This document shows, one piece after another, positions 36,485-48,004 of a stretch of DNA of 64,000 nucleotides. A model generated the notes under the pieces. It was not told the origin of the DNA, did not search any database, and saw only the letters and a program-made list of their open reading frames with translations. The stretch is from Raillietiella orientalis (taxonomy: Eukaryota). Each line of letters opens with the position of its first letter. Within the stretch, counting starts at the first letter, position 1. The stretch is from the NCBI GenBank assembly GCA_036172245.1, contig JAYWIR010000054.1:1-64000 (forward strand), given 5' to 3'. The position numbers and the translations under genes were made by a program.

Positions 36485-39400
36485 CCACGCCATGTTACGG
36501 CAGCCTGCCAAGGCCGAGAAGAAGGCCTTGAGACGACCGGCAACGGTGAAGGGCCCGGAAAATTCCGAGTCCGAAACCGAAGCCGGTTGTTCTACTTCCG
36601 CAGCCGTGCCGAAGAGGAAGGCTGGCAAGAAGACCTGTTGCCCGAGACGGGTCGCCCCTCCGCAGGTGGAGGAGGCCATGTCCTCGGGCACGGAGGAGGA
36701 GGCAATGTGCGTCGCGCCACGCGACCCCTCTCCGATCCGTGTCTCGGAAGCCGGCCCCATGGAAGTCGCTGTGGACGACGTGCTCCCGTGTGAGCAGCCG
36801 ACCGTCGTCACGGCCGCCAACAAGCCGCCTCCCGAAAGGGAGGAGGCCGCCTCCACCCCAGCATAAGTACACCAATGCGTGGGCTCGCCTCCTGCCGCCG
36901 CTTGCGCATCACCTGTTGGAATGTCAACGGGTTGCGCGACGACGGAAAGAGGCGAGATGTAGCCGCCATACTGCGAGACTTCGACCTGGTGCTCCTGCAA
37001 GAGACGCACGTTCTCCGACCGGGAGATGTACAGGAAATCGAAAGAATCGCGGGAGGGCGGCTACTGTGGAGGAACGGAACGGACAACTCCTGCGGAGTGG
37101 CCTTTCTGCTAAAGCCAACCGTCGACAACTCACTGCGCAGTGCACGGGTCGACGGGGATGGTCGAGTTGGGCAGCTTGTGTTCAAGTGGTCCGACTCGAT
37201 CGTCCTCGTAGTCACGAACCTGTACGCTCCGGTGAGCAGCCACAGGGCCGAGGAACGCACTGCGTTCTTCGAAACCTTGCGGCGAGACTGGTTGGCCGAA
37301 GCAGGCGTGCGAAGGGCGCACCTCATTGCGGGCGATTTCAATCTCCGCCTGCTGGCAGGTGCGCCCAGCGGACGAGCACAGCTGGTCAACGAGTTGTGCG
37401 CAGCCATGCATGCGCGCAACTTGTTGGCCGGCGATGCCGGGAGAGATCGGAACATCGACCACATTTTCCTCGACAACCACCTGTGCACGCGGGTGGGAAC
37501 TCGAGGAACGCTCCCGGCAGAGCTGTCCGACCATCCACGGCTCGTGCTCGAGTTACATCCTCGCAATAAGGGCCCTCCCCTGAAAACATGGCGCCTGCCA
37601 GGGGATTGGTTGCGCCTCGCAGGAGCGGCGGAACATCTACGCTGTTTCCTGCGAGGATTCCAGCTTCACACGCTTGCGGACTGGGACGAAATGAAGTGCT
37701 CAGTCCGTGAGTTTTGCGACCAGTTTCCCCTGGAACGTTTTCCGCCGGGCTTCGGTGAGGGTGTCCGGAACGAGCGGGCGTACCTACAGGCGCGCCGTTA
37801 TTCCCGGCGTCCCGACGTCCGTCGCCTGGCTGAATTCAAGGCTGAGGCGGAGAGGCAGGCCTGGCAGTCAGGCTCGGCCTGCCTGCTGGATCATCAGGGC
37901 CAAGAACGCTCCAGCCCAGCCCAGGTAAGCCGCATCGTGCGGGAGTTTTATTCCTCCTTGTACGCGCCACTGACACCTGAGCGCCCTTTCGCGCAGCGCC
38001 TGCTGCCGGATGGCGCTCCCGCGCTCAAGGAGGAGGACCGTTCCAGATTGGCGGAACCGTTCACGATGGCGGAGATCATCTCCGCCATCAACAGGCTCAA
38101 GAGAAGGAAGGCACCAGGGGAGGACGGCCTGCCCGCGGAGTTTTACCATCGCTTCGCGCCAGAGCTGGCCCCCCTGGTGCTCAGGTTAAGTACTCTGATC
38201 CGCGAACACGGCGAAGTTCCCGCCTCGTTCTGGTCAGCAAAAGTACGTCTCCTGCCGAAATCAGGAGACTTACGCAACATCGGCAACTGGCGTCCCATCA
38301 CAGTAGTGAATGCGGACGCAAAGTTGTATGCCAAGTTGTGGGCTGAGCGTTTGGGGCGGGTGGCCGCTTCCGTGGTGAGTCCCGAGCAGACCTATGCTGT
38401 TCCCGGACGAACCATGGAGGCCAACCTGCTCCTCGGCAGCTCATGGTGGCAGTTGCGACAACGCGTTGCACAGGACGGTCAAGGGAGCCTCGCGCCCCCC
38501 TCTGACCAAGAAGATCGGGCAGAGGGTGGGATGGACTCGGCGGGAGCCTTTGCCGTCGCGGTCGATTTGCACAAAGCATTCGACTGCGTCGACCAGGATC
38601 TGCTTCTGGAGCTCCTGGAACGCATGGGTTTCCCTGCCGTGCTTCAATCTTACCTTGGCTCCTGCTGGCGCAACGCGTCAATCAATATTCGTTTCAGCGG
38701 TCGGCACGTGTACGGCGTGCCCATACGCCGCGGCATCCGGCAGGGTGACAGCCTGAGCCCCTTGCTCTTCAGCATCTACTTCGAGTTGGTGCTGAGGGCA
38801 TACAGGGTAACTCTGGCAACCCTGCCGAGCTCGTATGCCGGCACGCCTGCCGTGTCGGCCTATGCAGACGATCTTCTGCTGCTGCTTCCCGGGTCCACCC
38901 CGGCGAGTGCGCTCGAGGATTTCTTCGAGTTGCTGCGCCGCGGGACGGGCCTCGAGGTGAACAGGGCGAAGTCGTCCATGGTCTTCGTCGGTTCGGCGTG
39001 GGCTGGACGATCGGATTGGATACGCTTGGGGATCCCCACGGACAGGTGCTTGAAGTACCTAGGCGTTCCGATGGGGGACTTCTGCGCAGCAGAAGCCTGG
39101 TCCGACCGTCTCCAAAAGGCAACGTTGGCGACCGGTCCGTTCCAAGAAAGCAAGCTCTACTTGCAGGAACGGGCCGCGGTGTGGAACGCGTTTGCGGCCC
39201 CCCTTCTTCGCCCCCTACTTTTTGTGTGCTCCGCCCCTTACTTCATTTGTAAACGAGCAGCGGGCCTCCTGAGGACAGTCCTTTGGGGCAAAGGGAGGTC
39301 CCGTGTGAGGCTCAAAGGCTTGTGCGCTCCACGTAAGGACGGAGGACTTGGCGTTCTTACGCTGGAGCGCATTGAACTACAACTCAGGTTCAGGACTCTC

Positions 39401-40693
39401 GCCCTTGCGGCGGAATTGTGGGACACGCCTTGGTGCGTTCCAGCACGCCTCCTGGCCCAACGAGCCTGCGGATTCGACGGACTTTTGTCGTTTCTGCTGG
39501 CACGCGACCGCAGAGAAGCACACGGCTGCTTAATCCTGCGTCGCATGGAAGTTGCGGTACGGGAGAACGCCTGGATCTCCTGCAGCCCAGGGAACTACTC
39601 TGCATGGCTGCACGAGTCAGTGTCCACCTGGGTAAAGATCCACGTTTCGGCGGGCACAAGAAACACTTGCCTGCAAAGGCACGCCCGCTGGAAACTGCAG
39701 GAGATCGTGCAGTCCCACGAAAAGCGCATGTGGGCTTTGATAACCCCCCTTGCCCCAGTCCTGCCCCTCCTCATCGACGCCAGGGACAGTAGGGAGCTTG
39801 GGAAATGGAACGTGTCCTGCACTATTGGAGGCAGGACACAAACGATTATGGCGTGGACATCTCGGCAGCTTGCGGACGCTGCGACGCCGAGAGTCCCGCC
39901 CAACGGAATTCGACGCTGGGGCGAGCTAGTCGGACTATCTCCGGAGGAGATGAAGTGGCCCCCGGCTTCCTGGAACAGTGGATCCCTCCCCCTGAAATGG
40001 CAGGATGTGGCGTTGCTTGTGGTCCTCTGGGGACTTCCATTCAAAGCACGCCTTCATCACACAACCCGGGGGGCTGTGGATCCTTATTGTGACCGGTGCG
40101 GGGAAAAAGAGACCTTCCCCCACCTTCTCATCGAGTGCAGTGCCATCCGCCCTTTATGGGATCGCCTTACGGCGATCCTGGACATGCGCGGATGCGGCCC
40201 AAAGGACGTTTTTAGGCTCCTCTTCCGTAGTGACGCCTTGTCCCCCCCCTCTTCTGTAGCAGTCCTCTGCTGCATTCGAGGGATCGTGGCGGCTTGGAAC
40301 GCCACCAGAAGAAGACGTCAGCCAACCGGCAACGCCTTACGGTTCACTCGCCTATTCGTCCGAGACGTCTGCAAGTGGCGCCACTTGGGCGCAGAGAGGA
40401 CTCAGCTTGTACGGATCCTAAATAGGATCTAGAGGACCTATCCGCGCGCACGGTGATCCCCTCCCTGCCCTCCCATTCCCGAAACGTTTGCTCCCTCCCA
40501 TACTTCAACTATTTGTTTGTTTTTTGTTTTTTTTGTTTTTTCTTTCCCAACCCCCGCGGATCGGATGGACCTCTCCGGCATAGCGCCGGTAAATACCAAG
40601 CTGTTTTGTAGTGGTGGACCTTTGGGTTCACCACGCGACAATCCATTGTAATTTTATTCTTTTGAATAAATGCCCCGGCATATCTGGGTGAAA
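36485..40693 (+). mobile_element. LINE family C, copy 1 (ORF1 tail, intact ORF2, 3' UTR)
   Basis: ORF1 C-terminus (KKALRRPA...) to 36866, then ORF2. 3' hairpin at 40665-40693. Confidence 0.93.
36875..40432 (+). CDS. Intact LINE ORF2 polyprotein: APE endonuclease + reverse transcriptase + CCHC finger
   Basis: 1185 aa with WNVNG, LLQET, NLYAP, GDFN, IDH, SDH, PGEDG, WRPI, DLHKAFD, GIRQGDSLSPLLF, YADD, YLG and CDRCGEKETFPHLLIEC. Confidence 0.96.
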   Translation: MRGLASCRRLRITCWNVNGLRDDGKRRDVAAILRDFDLVLLQETHVLRPGDVQEIERIAGGRLLWRNGTDNSCGVAFLLKPTVDNSLRSARVDGDGRVGQLVFKWSDSIVLVVTNLYAPVSSHRAEERTAFFETLRRDWLAEAGVRRAHLIAGDFNLRLLAGAPSGRAQLVNELCAAMHARNLLAGDAGRDRNIDHIFLDNHLCTRVGTRGTLPAELSDHPRLVLELHPRNKGPPLKTWRLPGDWLRLAGAAEHLRCFLRGFQLHTLADWDEMKCSVREFCDQFPLERFPPGFGEGVRNERAYLQARRYSRRPDVRRLAEFKAEAERQAWQSGSACLLDHQGQERSSPAQVSRIVREFYSSLYAPLTPERPFAQRLLPDGAPALKEEDRSRLAEPFTMAEIISAINRLKRRKAPGEDGLPAEFYHRFAPELAPLVLRLSTLIREHGEVPASFWSAKVRLLPKSGDLRNIGNWRPITVVNADAKLYAKLWAERLGRVAASVVSPEQTYAVPGRTMEANLLLGSSWWQLRQRVAQDGQGSLAPPSDQEDRAEGGMDSAGAFAVAVDLHKAFDCVDQDLLLELLERMGFPAVLQSYLGSCWRNASINIRFSGRHVYGVPIRRGIRQGDSLSPLLFSIYFELVLRAYRVTLATLPSSYAGTPAVSAYADDLLLLLPGSTPASALEDFFELLRRGTGLEVNRAKSSMVFVGSAWAGRSDWIRLGIPTDRCLKYLGVPMGDFCAAEAWSDRLQKATLATGPFQESKLYLQERAAVWNAFAAPLLRPLLFVCSAPYFICKRAAGLLRTVLWGKGRSRVRLKGLCAPRKDGGLGVLTLERIELQLRFRTLALAAELWDTPWCVPARLLAQRACGFDGLLSFLLARDRREAHGCLILRRMEVAVRENAWISCSPGNYSAWLHESVSTWVKIHVSAGTRNTCLQRHARWKLQEIVQSHEKRMWALITPLAPVLPLLIDARDSRELGKWNVSCTIGGRTQTIMAWTSRQLADAATPRVPPNGIRRWGELVGLSPEEMKWPPASWNSGSLPLKWQDVALLVVLWGLPFKARLHHTTRGAVDPYCDRCGEKETFPHLLIECSAIRPLWDRLTAILDMRGCGPKDVFRLLFRSDALSPPSSVAVLCCIRGIVAAWNATRRRRQPTGNALRFTRLFVRDVCKWRHLGAERTQLVRILNRI

Positions 40694-40699
40694 ACGTGG

Positions 40700-41177
40700 C
40701 CGTAGTGACGCCTTGTCCCCCCCCTCTTCTGTAGCAGTCCTCTGCTGCATTCGAGGGATCGTGGCGGCTTGGAACGCCACCAGAAGAAGACGTCAGCCAA
40801 CCGGCAACGCCTTACGGTTCACTCGCCTATTCGTCCGAGACATCTGCAAGTGGCGCCACTTGGGCGCAGAGAGGACTCAGCTTGTACGGATCCTGAATAG
40901 GATCTAGAAAACCTATCCGCGCGCACGGTGATCCCCTCCCTGCCCTCCCATTCCCGAAATATTTGTTCCCTCCCATACTTCAACTATTTGTTTGTTTTTT
41001 GTTTTTTGTTTTTTGTTTTTTTTCTCTTTCCCATCCCCCGCGCATCGGATGGACCTCTCCGGCATACCGCCGGTAAATAACAAGCTGTTTTGTAGTGGTG
41101 GACCTTTGGGTTCAACACGCGACAATCAATTGTAATTTTATTCTTTTGAATAAATGCCCTGGCATATCCGGGTGAAA
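40700..41177 (+). mobile_element. Tandem 5'-truncated family C copy (~480 bp 3' end)
   Basis: Near-identical repeat of 40225-40693, including the terminal hairpin. Confidence 0.9.
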
Positions 41178-41179
41178 AC

Positions 41180-42897
41180 GTGGCCGCTTCCGTGGTGAGT
41201 CCCGACCAGACCTACGCTGTTCCCGGACGAACCATGGAGGCCAACCTGCTCCACGCCAGCTCATGGTGGCAGTTGGGACAACGCGTTGCTCAGGACGGTC
41301 AAGGGAGCCTTGCGCCCCCCTCTGACCAAACAGATCGGGCAGAGGGTGGGATGGACTCGGCGGGAGCCTTTGCCGTCGCGGTCGATTTGCACAAAGCATT
41401 CGACTGCGTCGACCAGGATCCCCTTCTGGAGCTCCTGGAACGCATGGGTTCCCCTGCCGTGCTTCAATCTTACCTGCGCTCCTGCTGGCGCATCGCGTCA
41501 ATCAATATTGGTTTCAGCGGCCGGCACGTGTACGGCGTGCCAGTGCGTCGCGGCATACGGCAGGGTGACAGCCTGAGCCCCTTGCTCTTCATCATCTACT
41601 TCGAGTTGGTGCTGAAGGCATACAGGGTAACTCTGGCAACCCTGCCGAGCTCGCGTGCCGGCACGTCTGCCGTGTCGGCCTATGCAGACGATCTTCTGCT
41701 GCTGCTTCCCGGGTCCACCTCGGCGAGTGAGCTCGAGGATTTCTTCGGGTTGCTGCACCGCGGGACGGGCCTGGAGGTGAACAGGGCGAAGTCGTCGATG
41801 GCTTGTGTTGGCTCGGCGTGGGCTGGACCGTCGGACTGGATCCGCTTGGGGATCCCCACGGGCAGGTGCTTCAAGTACCTTGGCTTTCCGTTGGGGGACT
41901 TCTGTGCAGCAGAATCTTGGTCCGAACGTCTCCAAAAGGCAGCGTTGGCGATCAGTCCGTTCCAAGAAAGCAAGTTCTACTTTCAGGAACGGGCCGCGAT
42001 GTGGAACGCCTTTGCGGCCCCCCATCTTCGCCCCCTACTTTTTGTGTGCCCCGCCCCTTATTTTGTCCGAAAAAGAGCAGCGGGCCTCCTGAGGACAGTC
42101 CTTTGGGGCAAAGGGAGGTCCCGTGTGAGGCTCAAAGACTTGTGCGCCCCACGTAAGGACGGAGGACTTGCGTGAACTACAACTCAGATTCAGAACGCTC
42201 GCCCTTGCAGCGGAACTGTGGGACACGCCCTGGTGCGTTCCAGCACGCCTTCTGGCCCAACGTGCCTCTGGACATGGCGGACTCTCTTCGTTTCTCTGGG
42301 CTCGCGACCGCAGACAGGCGCATTGCGGCTTTCACCTGCGTCGCATGGCCGTTGTGGCTCGGAAGAACGCACGGATCTCCTGCCTTCCTGGGAACCACTC
42401 GGCATGGCTGCACGAGTCAGTCTCCTCTTGGGAAAAGATCCACGTACCGGCGGGTACAAAGAACACTTGCCTGAAAAGGCACGCCCGCTGGACGCTGCCG
42501 GAAATCGTGCAATCCCACTATCAGTTTCTGTGGGTCTTTATAACCCCCCTTGCTCCAGTGCTGCCCTTTTTAGTAAACGCCAGGAAGAGCAGAGAGCAGG
42601 GAAAATGGACAGTGTCCTGCACCATAGATGGTAGGACACGAAAGATCGAGGCATGGACATCTCGGCAGCTAGCGGACGCTGCGACGCCGAGTGTCCCGCC
42701 TAACGGAATTCGACGCTGGGGCGAGCTACTCGAACTATCTCCGGAGGAGATGAAGTGGCCCCCGGCGTCCTGGAACAGTGTATCCCTTTCCTTGAAATGG
42801 CAGGAGGTGGCGTTGCTGGTTTTACGCTGGGGTCTACCCTACAAAGCATGCCTCTCTCACTGCACACGGGGGGCTGTGGATCCTTATTGTGACCGGT
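41180..42897 (+). mobile_element. Third tandem family C copy (RT fragment, truncated at both ends)
   Basis: Homologous to 38360-40097 but more diverged. KAFD and YADD present. Ends at DPYCDR. Confidence 0.9.
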
Positions 42898-43551
42898 CCG
42901 CAGGAGAGGCGCGCGACTTTATCGATCGGATTCGCGCGCCTCCACATCGCGTGCACTGTGGCGAGCACCTCGAGCGCAACAATGATGTCGCGGTCCGTTA
43001 TTCTCGGCCGAATGCCCGAGAGCTGGACTACGAACGATTGGTCCAGGGACGTGGGGACGACCTCCTTACCCCTGATTTTAAGGGGCGTTCGCAGTAGGCG
43101 TTGTACGAGGGCTGCATCTTTGCAGTGCACCTCCCAATGGCCTACCGCGCTTACTGGCATAATTGCCAGGAGATCGTCCTTTCGGACGCATACGCTTTCC
43201 AGCTCGCTCCAGAGCTAATTGCCCGTCCCATCCCGGTACGCGGCACTGACCTTGTAGGCCAGAGGGGGGTTGTAGCCGCTCGCGGCGTACGCCCGCAGCT
43301 CTGCCTCGTCGGTTGAGGCTCCGTGGGCCGCCTCTGCCTTAGCAGCAACGGCGAAACTTCTCGCTGGAGACGAGGTACGATCGGTGGAGGCTTCCACTCG
43401 TCACGAAGGTCCTGCGACGCAGGGGGATTCCTCCACCTCCCTTTTGGGAGCACTGGCTTCATTTTTAAATGAAAAATCACACCACACCCAAAAGGAACAG
43501 CCGCAAAAAGAACACCAAAGACGGAGCGTAAGAATGCACGTCCGAACAATA
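42898..43551 (-). mobile_element. LINE family D 5' end and ORF1 N-terminus
   Basis: 5' motif ttcggacgtgcattcttacgctc at ~43545-43523. Encodes ELRAYAASGYNP, WEVHCKDAALVQRLLRTPL...RLSCG. Confidence 0.85.
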
Positions 43552-43810
43552 GGGAGGCCGGCTATGGTACAGGTGTGGGAGACCGAAAACTTTGCGGTGT
43601 GGCCTACCTGCTTCGGCCAGCGGTCGAGGCCGCTGCTCGGGGCGTGCGGTTCGAGATGACGGTCGTGTCGGCCAGCTGACTCTCAGGTGGTCCGACTCGA
43701 TCGATCTGATCGTCACGAACGTGTATGCACCGAGCGGCGCGGACCTGATGGGCAGGAGGGCGAGGAAAAAGTTTCTTCTTGCCCTCCGGCGCGACTGGCT
43801 GACCGAAGCA
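43552..43810 (+). pseudogene. A-type endonuclease fragment starting at GGRL
   Basis: GGRLWYRCG...CGVAYLLRP...NVYAPSG...RRDWLTEA. Confidence 0.85.
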
Positions 43811-43814
43811 TGGG

Positions 43815-45321
43815 AGGCTCCTCCTGCCGGAGCAGGCCGCGATATGTAACACCTTCGTTGCCCTCCTCTAGCGCCCCCTGTTTTTTGATTGCCCGCCCCC
43901 CTACTCGGCGAATCTCTAGGCGCACATCCTGTGCAGGAACACTCTATGGGGTCCTGCGAGCTCCAGGATACCCCTCAAAGACTTGGCGGCTCCGCGTCGG
44001 GATGCTGGCTTAGGCATCCTAACGCTGGAGAGAATCGAGCTGCAGGTGCAGTTTCGGATGTTGGCCCTGTGTGCCAACCTTTGGTCAACTCCGTGGTGCG
44101 CTCCTGCGCGCCTGCTTTTGCGGCGTTGCACCGGCAACGACGGACTTCTGTCGCTGCGTCCGCACACGGAGAACTAAACAACAAGTTTGGGTTTCCCTTT
44201 GAAACCTCTCTACCGGCTACTGGCAGCCCAAGAATGCATCTCCTGCCGCCCAACTAACTTTCAAGCCTAGCGGCAGGAAACGTTGCATGACTGGGCAAAG
44301 CACCAGGATGTTTCACTCCTGGAACTCCGTTGCGCTCACCTCTCCCCGTATTGCACTGTGGATGACGCCTGCAACAGCCAGGAGAACTGGACCGGCCTGG
44401 CCCTCACCCCCCTCGCCGACGCACTGTCAGCCCTCAGGGCAAGAGATGACAGCTGCGAACCGGCGAGATGGGAGGTCTCCGGCACCATTCCAGGAACAAC
44501 ACGACCTATTGGCGGCTGGAGGACTTGCGAGCTGCAGACGCCGCCACGCCTCGCCACATCTCGAAGGGACTCCTTCGGTGGAGTGAACACTTGAGTGTGC
44601 CTCCCGAAGAACTCGTGGTCCCTCCCTCCTGTTTGAACACTTCTGTGTTCCCCCTTTCGTAGAAGCAGGACGTCATCATGCTGGTGCATCGGGGTTTTCA
44701 CTCCAACCTGCGGACGAACCGTGTTTCCGGGGGAGTTGACACCCCAAACTGTATGCGGTGCGGGGAAGTTGAAACGCTTCCGCACCTGCTTTTGGACTGC
44801 GGTGCCCTCCAAGGACTTTGGCGGAGGCTGGCCTCAGCTCTCCTGCACCAGGGGGACACCGCAAGAGACTTGATGCGCCGCTTTTTTACGCCAGGCGGCC
44901 TGTCTTTGGGTGCTCTCGTTGCAACCGTGTGTTGCACCCGCGCCATCGACAAAGCCCACCGAGAGTTGGAGATGCTGGCCATCGTTCGTCAGCCCATCGG
45001 ATTAGCCAGCGCAAGCATGTCGTCGGCAGCCGAGTGGGCCCATCTGCCACAGGACGCAAGGAGAGAGATCGCGGGAATCCATCGCCGGTTTTCAAAGGAA
45101 GGAACGGACTCACCAAATACCCCTGTCCCCTGCCCTCCATGTTTTTATTTTGATTTTTTATAGTAGTGTATTTGTGGTCCCCTCCCTCCCGTTCCGGACT
45201 TTCGCCATACCGACCTGCGTGTGGGGGATCCCACCCCCTTCGTCTGTTGTTTTCCAATTTGTCCGGAAACTCTGTTCCTGGATAGTTCTTAATAAACGTC
45301 CCGGCGCACCCGGGTGACAAA
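43815..45321 (+). mobile_element. LINE family D 3' part (second copy), followed by target remnant and a D 5' stub (45336-45363)
   Basis: Inverted homolog of 7084-8590. CMRCGEVETLPHLLLDC. Hairpin at 45292-45321. Confidence 0.9.
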
Positions 45322-45363
45322 AAGCCGCCCTCCTCCATTGTTCGGACGTGCATACTTACGCTC

Positions 45364-47400
45364 AAAAGAGGGGAAGGCGGCCAGGCCCATGCGCCTCTCG
45401 CGTGGATCAACGTTTATTTCTGGCGCTCACCAAAGTAGCGTTCTGTCATGGAATTCTGTGGAGGCGCTGAAAGAGCGTGGCCGCCAACATGAACGATGTC
45501 CTGCGTTCTCTCCATGCTTTTATTGACTGCGCGTATTCACCTGGAGCTCCTTGTTTCCCGCCTTTTTGCATTTCCGTGGTTTTCAATGCTTTCTGAAGCA
45601 ATATTATCTTCCGAAAGACGGTGACCGGAAAACCGTCAAGCGCCAAAGCCGTGTTTGCGTGGAAGAAGAGGATTCACGAGTTGGGGAAGGAAGGGAGTTG
45701 ATTTCTCTTCCTGTGTTGGTGCACGGGATCGGAAACAGCTGAGATTACCTTCTCTTTGTCATGGAATGGGCAGCTCCTCTTTGTTCCATGTACACCCAGG
45801 AGAAAACGGCGGCATTTATGACGCTCTGTCTTCTAATTTTGGGGTTCTTTCGACATGGAATTATAAGTAGGCGCTGCAAGGGCGTAGGCAATCGAGAGCC
45901 TTCTTTCGTGAACGCTCTTCTGGCGCCTCCCACATAGTGCAAGAGCTCACTATGGCGCTGGCGTTGTCTGCAGAATGGCGCATTCCGTAATGACTTTTTT
46001 GTCTCCCGCTGTCGTTGTGCAGATTCTTTCCGTGCAACGACGCTCTGCATTGCACGCAGGAAGGCGCCGGCATTTGTGGCGCGTGCCGATGGTACGAAGC
46101 AGAGGTGTTTTCATTTGGATTCTATTGCGGCTGCGTAATTTAGGTCTGTCGCCCGGGTGTCTTCTATTCTTTGTGATGCGTAATCGTAAGATTGGTTTCC
46201 TTGACCCAGGCTTCGACCCGCAGTGATGATCTCGTCTCCTCGCGCCTCTTAACTCTATAGGGAAGGAGAACGCTTCTACTTCTTGTCGCCTGCGGTTTTC
46301 TTTCGCCCTTGCTCTATGGTGTTACCACCGTTCCGGTGAGGTGGCATGGTTTGGAAGTGCTTTTGTGGTGACGCTGCTCTTAGGCAGTCGGTGCTTCCGA
46401 ACACACGGTCGTGGTTGATGCACCTTTTCAGAGTGCAGCTGAAGTTCTTGCTGCAATGCAAAGTCATCTTGGATGGTACGGAGCAAAAAACTGTCCCGAG
46501 TTTCGCGGCATAAATCCCTTCTTTTGTGAACTCAGAAGAAACGTTTACCACTACAGTCATCAGTGTGCAGTATTTCTAAAGAATTTCCTAATTTGTGGTT
46601 CTCCATTTGAGTGGTCACCTTACTCAACATGCGGTTGCTGCCTCCACGGTAGTAGATGGGTGGAAAGCGACGAAAGGTTCGTTCCTTTTGGCTGCACACC
46701 AACACGTACAACTCGTTTCCACGTCTTCTAGAACAGGTAGTGAACTGCCTGTGGTCTGCAGTGCTTCATGGGTCACGTTGACGTTCTGGAAGACGTCGAT
46801 CAGCAGACGGTGAAGCGCGAGAGACTCCTTTTCGTGTGATTGGAAGATTCACGCGTTGACGATGAAAAGTAAGCCGTTTTTGCTGCTTTTTGGCGTGTCA
46901 AATCGCATGCAGCTGAGGACACTCACTTTTCGTCGCATCGAGAGCTGCCTTTCGTTCGTTGCAGAATCGGCATTAACCGGCGCCATGTCCTTTGATTTAG
47001 GTCCATCCAATCGCTGATTCGACGTCTGCACGCAAGAGATGGTACACCCTCAAAATGCAATTAATTTGAAGGAAGTTTCTTGACTGCGTTGGCTGGTGGT
47101 CACCGCATTGCTGCGCGCGTTGGCCCGTACTTGAGCTATCATTGTGAACGCGAGTTACTCGTCATCGCCTCCGTACTGCTGAAAGCTGAGTGCGCGTTTT
47201 GCCAACTAGGAGAGCTAAATTCCATGCATACATCAGTCGCATGTCTCTTTGTACATGTGACGTCACTCGATTGGGCGACTTTGAGCTTCTAGTATCCCTT
47301 ATATGATGCGGAAAACCGCCTGGGGGTACAGTGTGGCTCCGAAGAGAGTGGTGCCTCTGTAAAGAGAGGAACTGTCCCCTCTTCCGCCGACGCCGCAAAT
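45364..47400 (-). other. Lower-GC degenerate segment, possibly an old unrelated L1 ORF2 remnant
   Basis: Minus-strand peptides ALDGFPVTVFRK (cf. PGxDGxPxEF), TVVVNVSS and HDRVF occur in EN-to-RT order. No long ORF. Confidence 0.35.
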
Positions 47401-47439
47401 GCTAATGGACGGAGGCAGCTGTATGAGTGACATCACCAA

Positions 47440-48000
47440 ATCGTAGAGCACCACTTGGTGCGTTCACGCCCGCTTTCTTGCCAGGCGTGTCTCCAGGACG
47501 CAAGGACAAGCATCTTATCTTCTGTGCTCCGTCCAAAAGATGGGAAGATGCGGTCTGCTCCTTCGACGCATCTCCACCTTGGCTAAGGAGATTGGCTGGA
47601 TGGTATGCAGCCCCGCCAACTCCTCCACATGGCTGGCGGAGACTGCTGGCACGTGGGCGAAGATACATGAGAGGAGCCACGAAAGGTAGAACCGTTTGCG
47701 AATCGGGTTCTACGCCCGCCGCACTCTGCGTGAAATTCTTGAACTTCCACCGAGTTGCACGTGGACGGAACGGACACCTCTTGCAACGGCGATGCCCTTT
47801 CTCCAAAGGGCGCTTCACGAAAGCCGGCAGCCAAGGTGGCAAGTCTGCTGCCCTATCGCAGGCAGAGAGAAGATATTGAGCGGCTGGACCATGGGAGAAC
47901 TGACAGATGATACGAAGCCTAGTGTCCAGCCGCGTGGTTCAATAAGATGGGACGAGCTGCTCGGCATTCGATTGGATGACCTGAAGTGACCCCCGGCAAA
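47440..48000 (+). pseudogene. Degenerate post-RT ORF2 fragment
   Basis: YARRTLREILE...RTPLA...GWTMGELTD...RWDELL...LK*PP resembles the C-termini of the other ORF2s. Confidence 0.7.
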
Positions 48001-48004
48001 CTTG

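Noticed and set aside
36875..40432. Bacterial RT system (group II intron, retron, DGR) suggested by YADD
   Set aside because: The N-terminal APE domain, upstream CCHC ORF1, AATAAA ends and TSDs identify eukaryotic non-LTR elements.
40225..41177. ~480-bp direct repeat resembling LTRs
   Set aside because: The copies are adjacent, consist of ORF2 tail plus 3' UTR, and have no PBS/PPT. No integrase or protease is present in the window.
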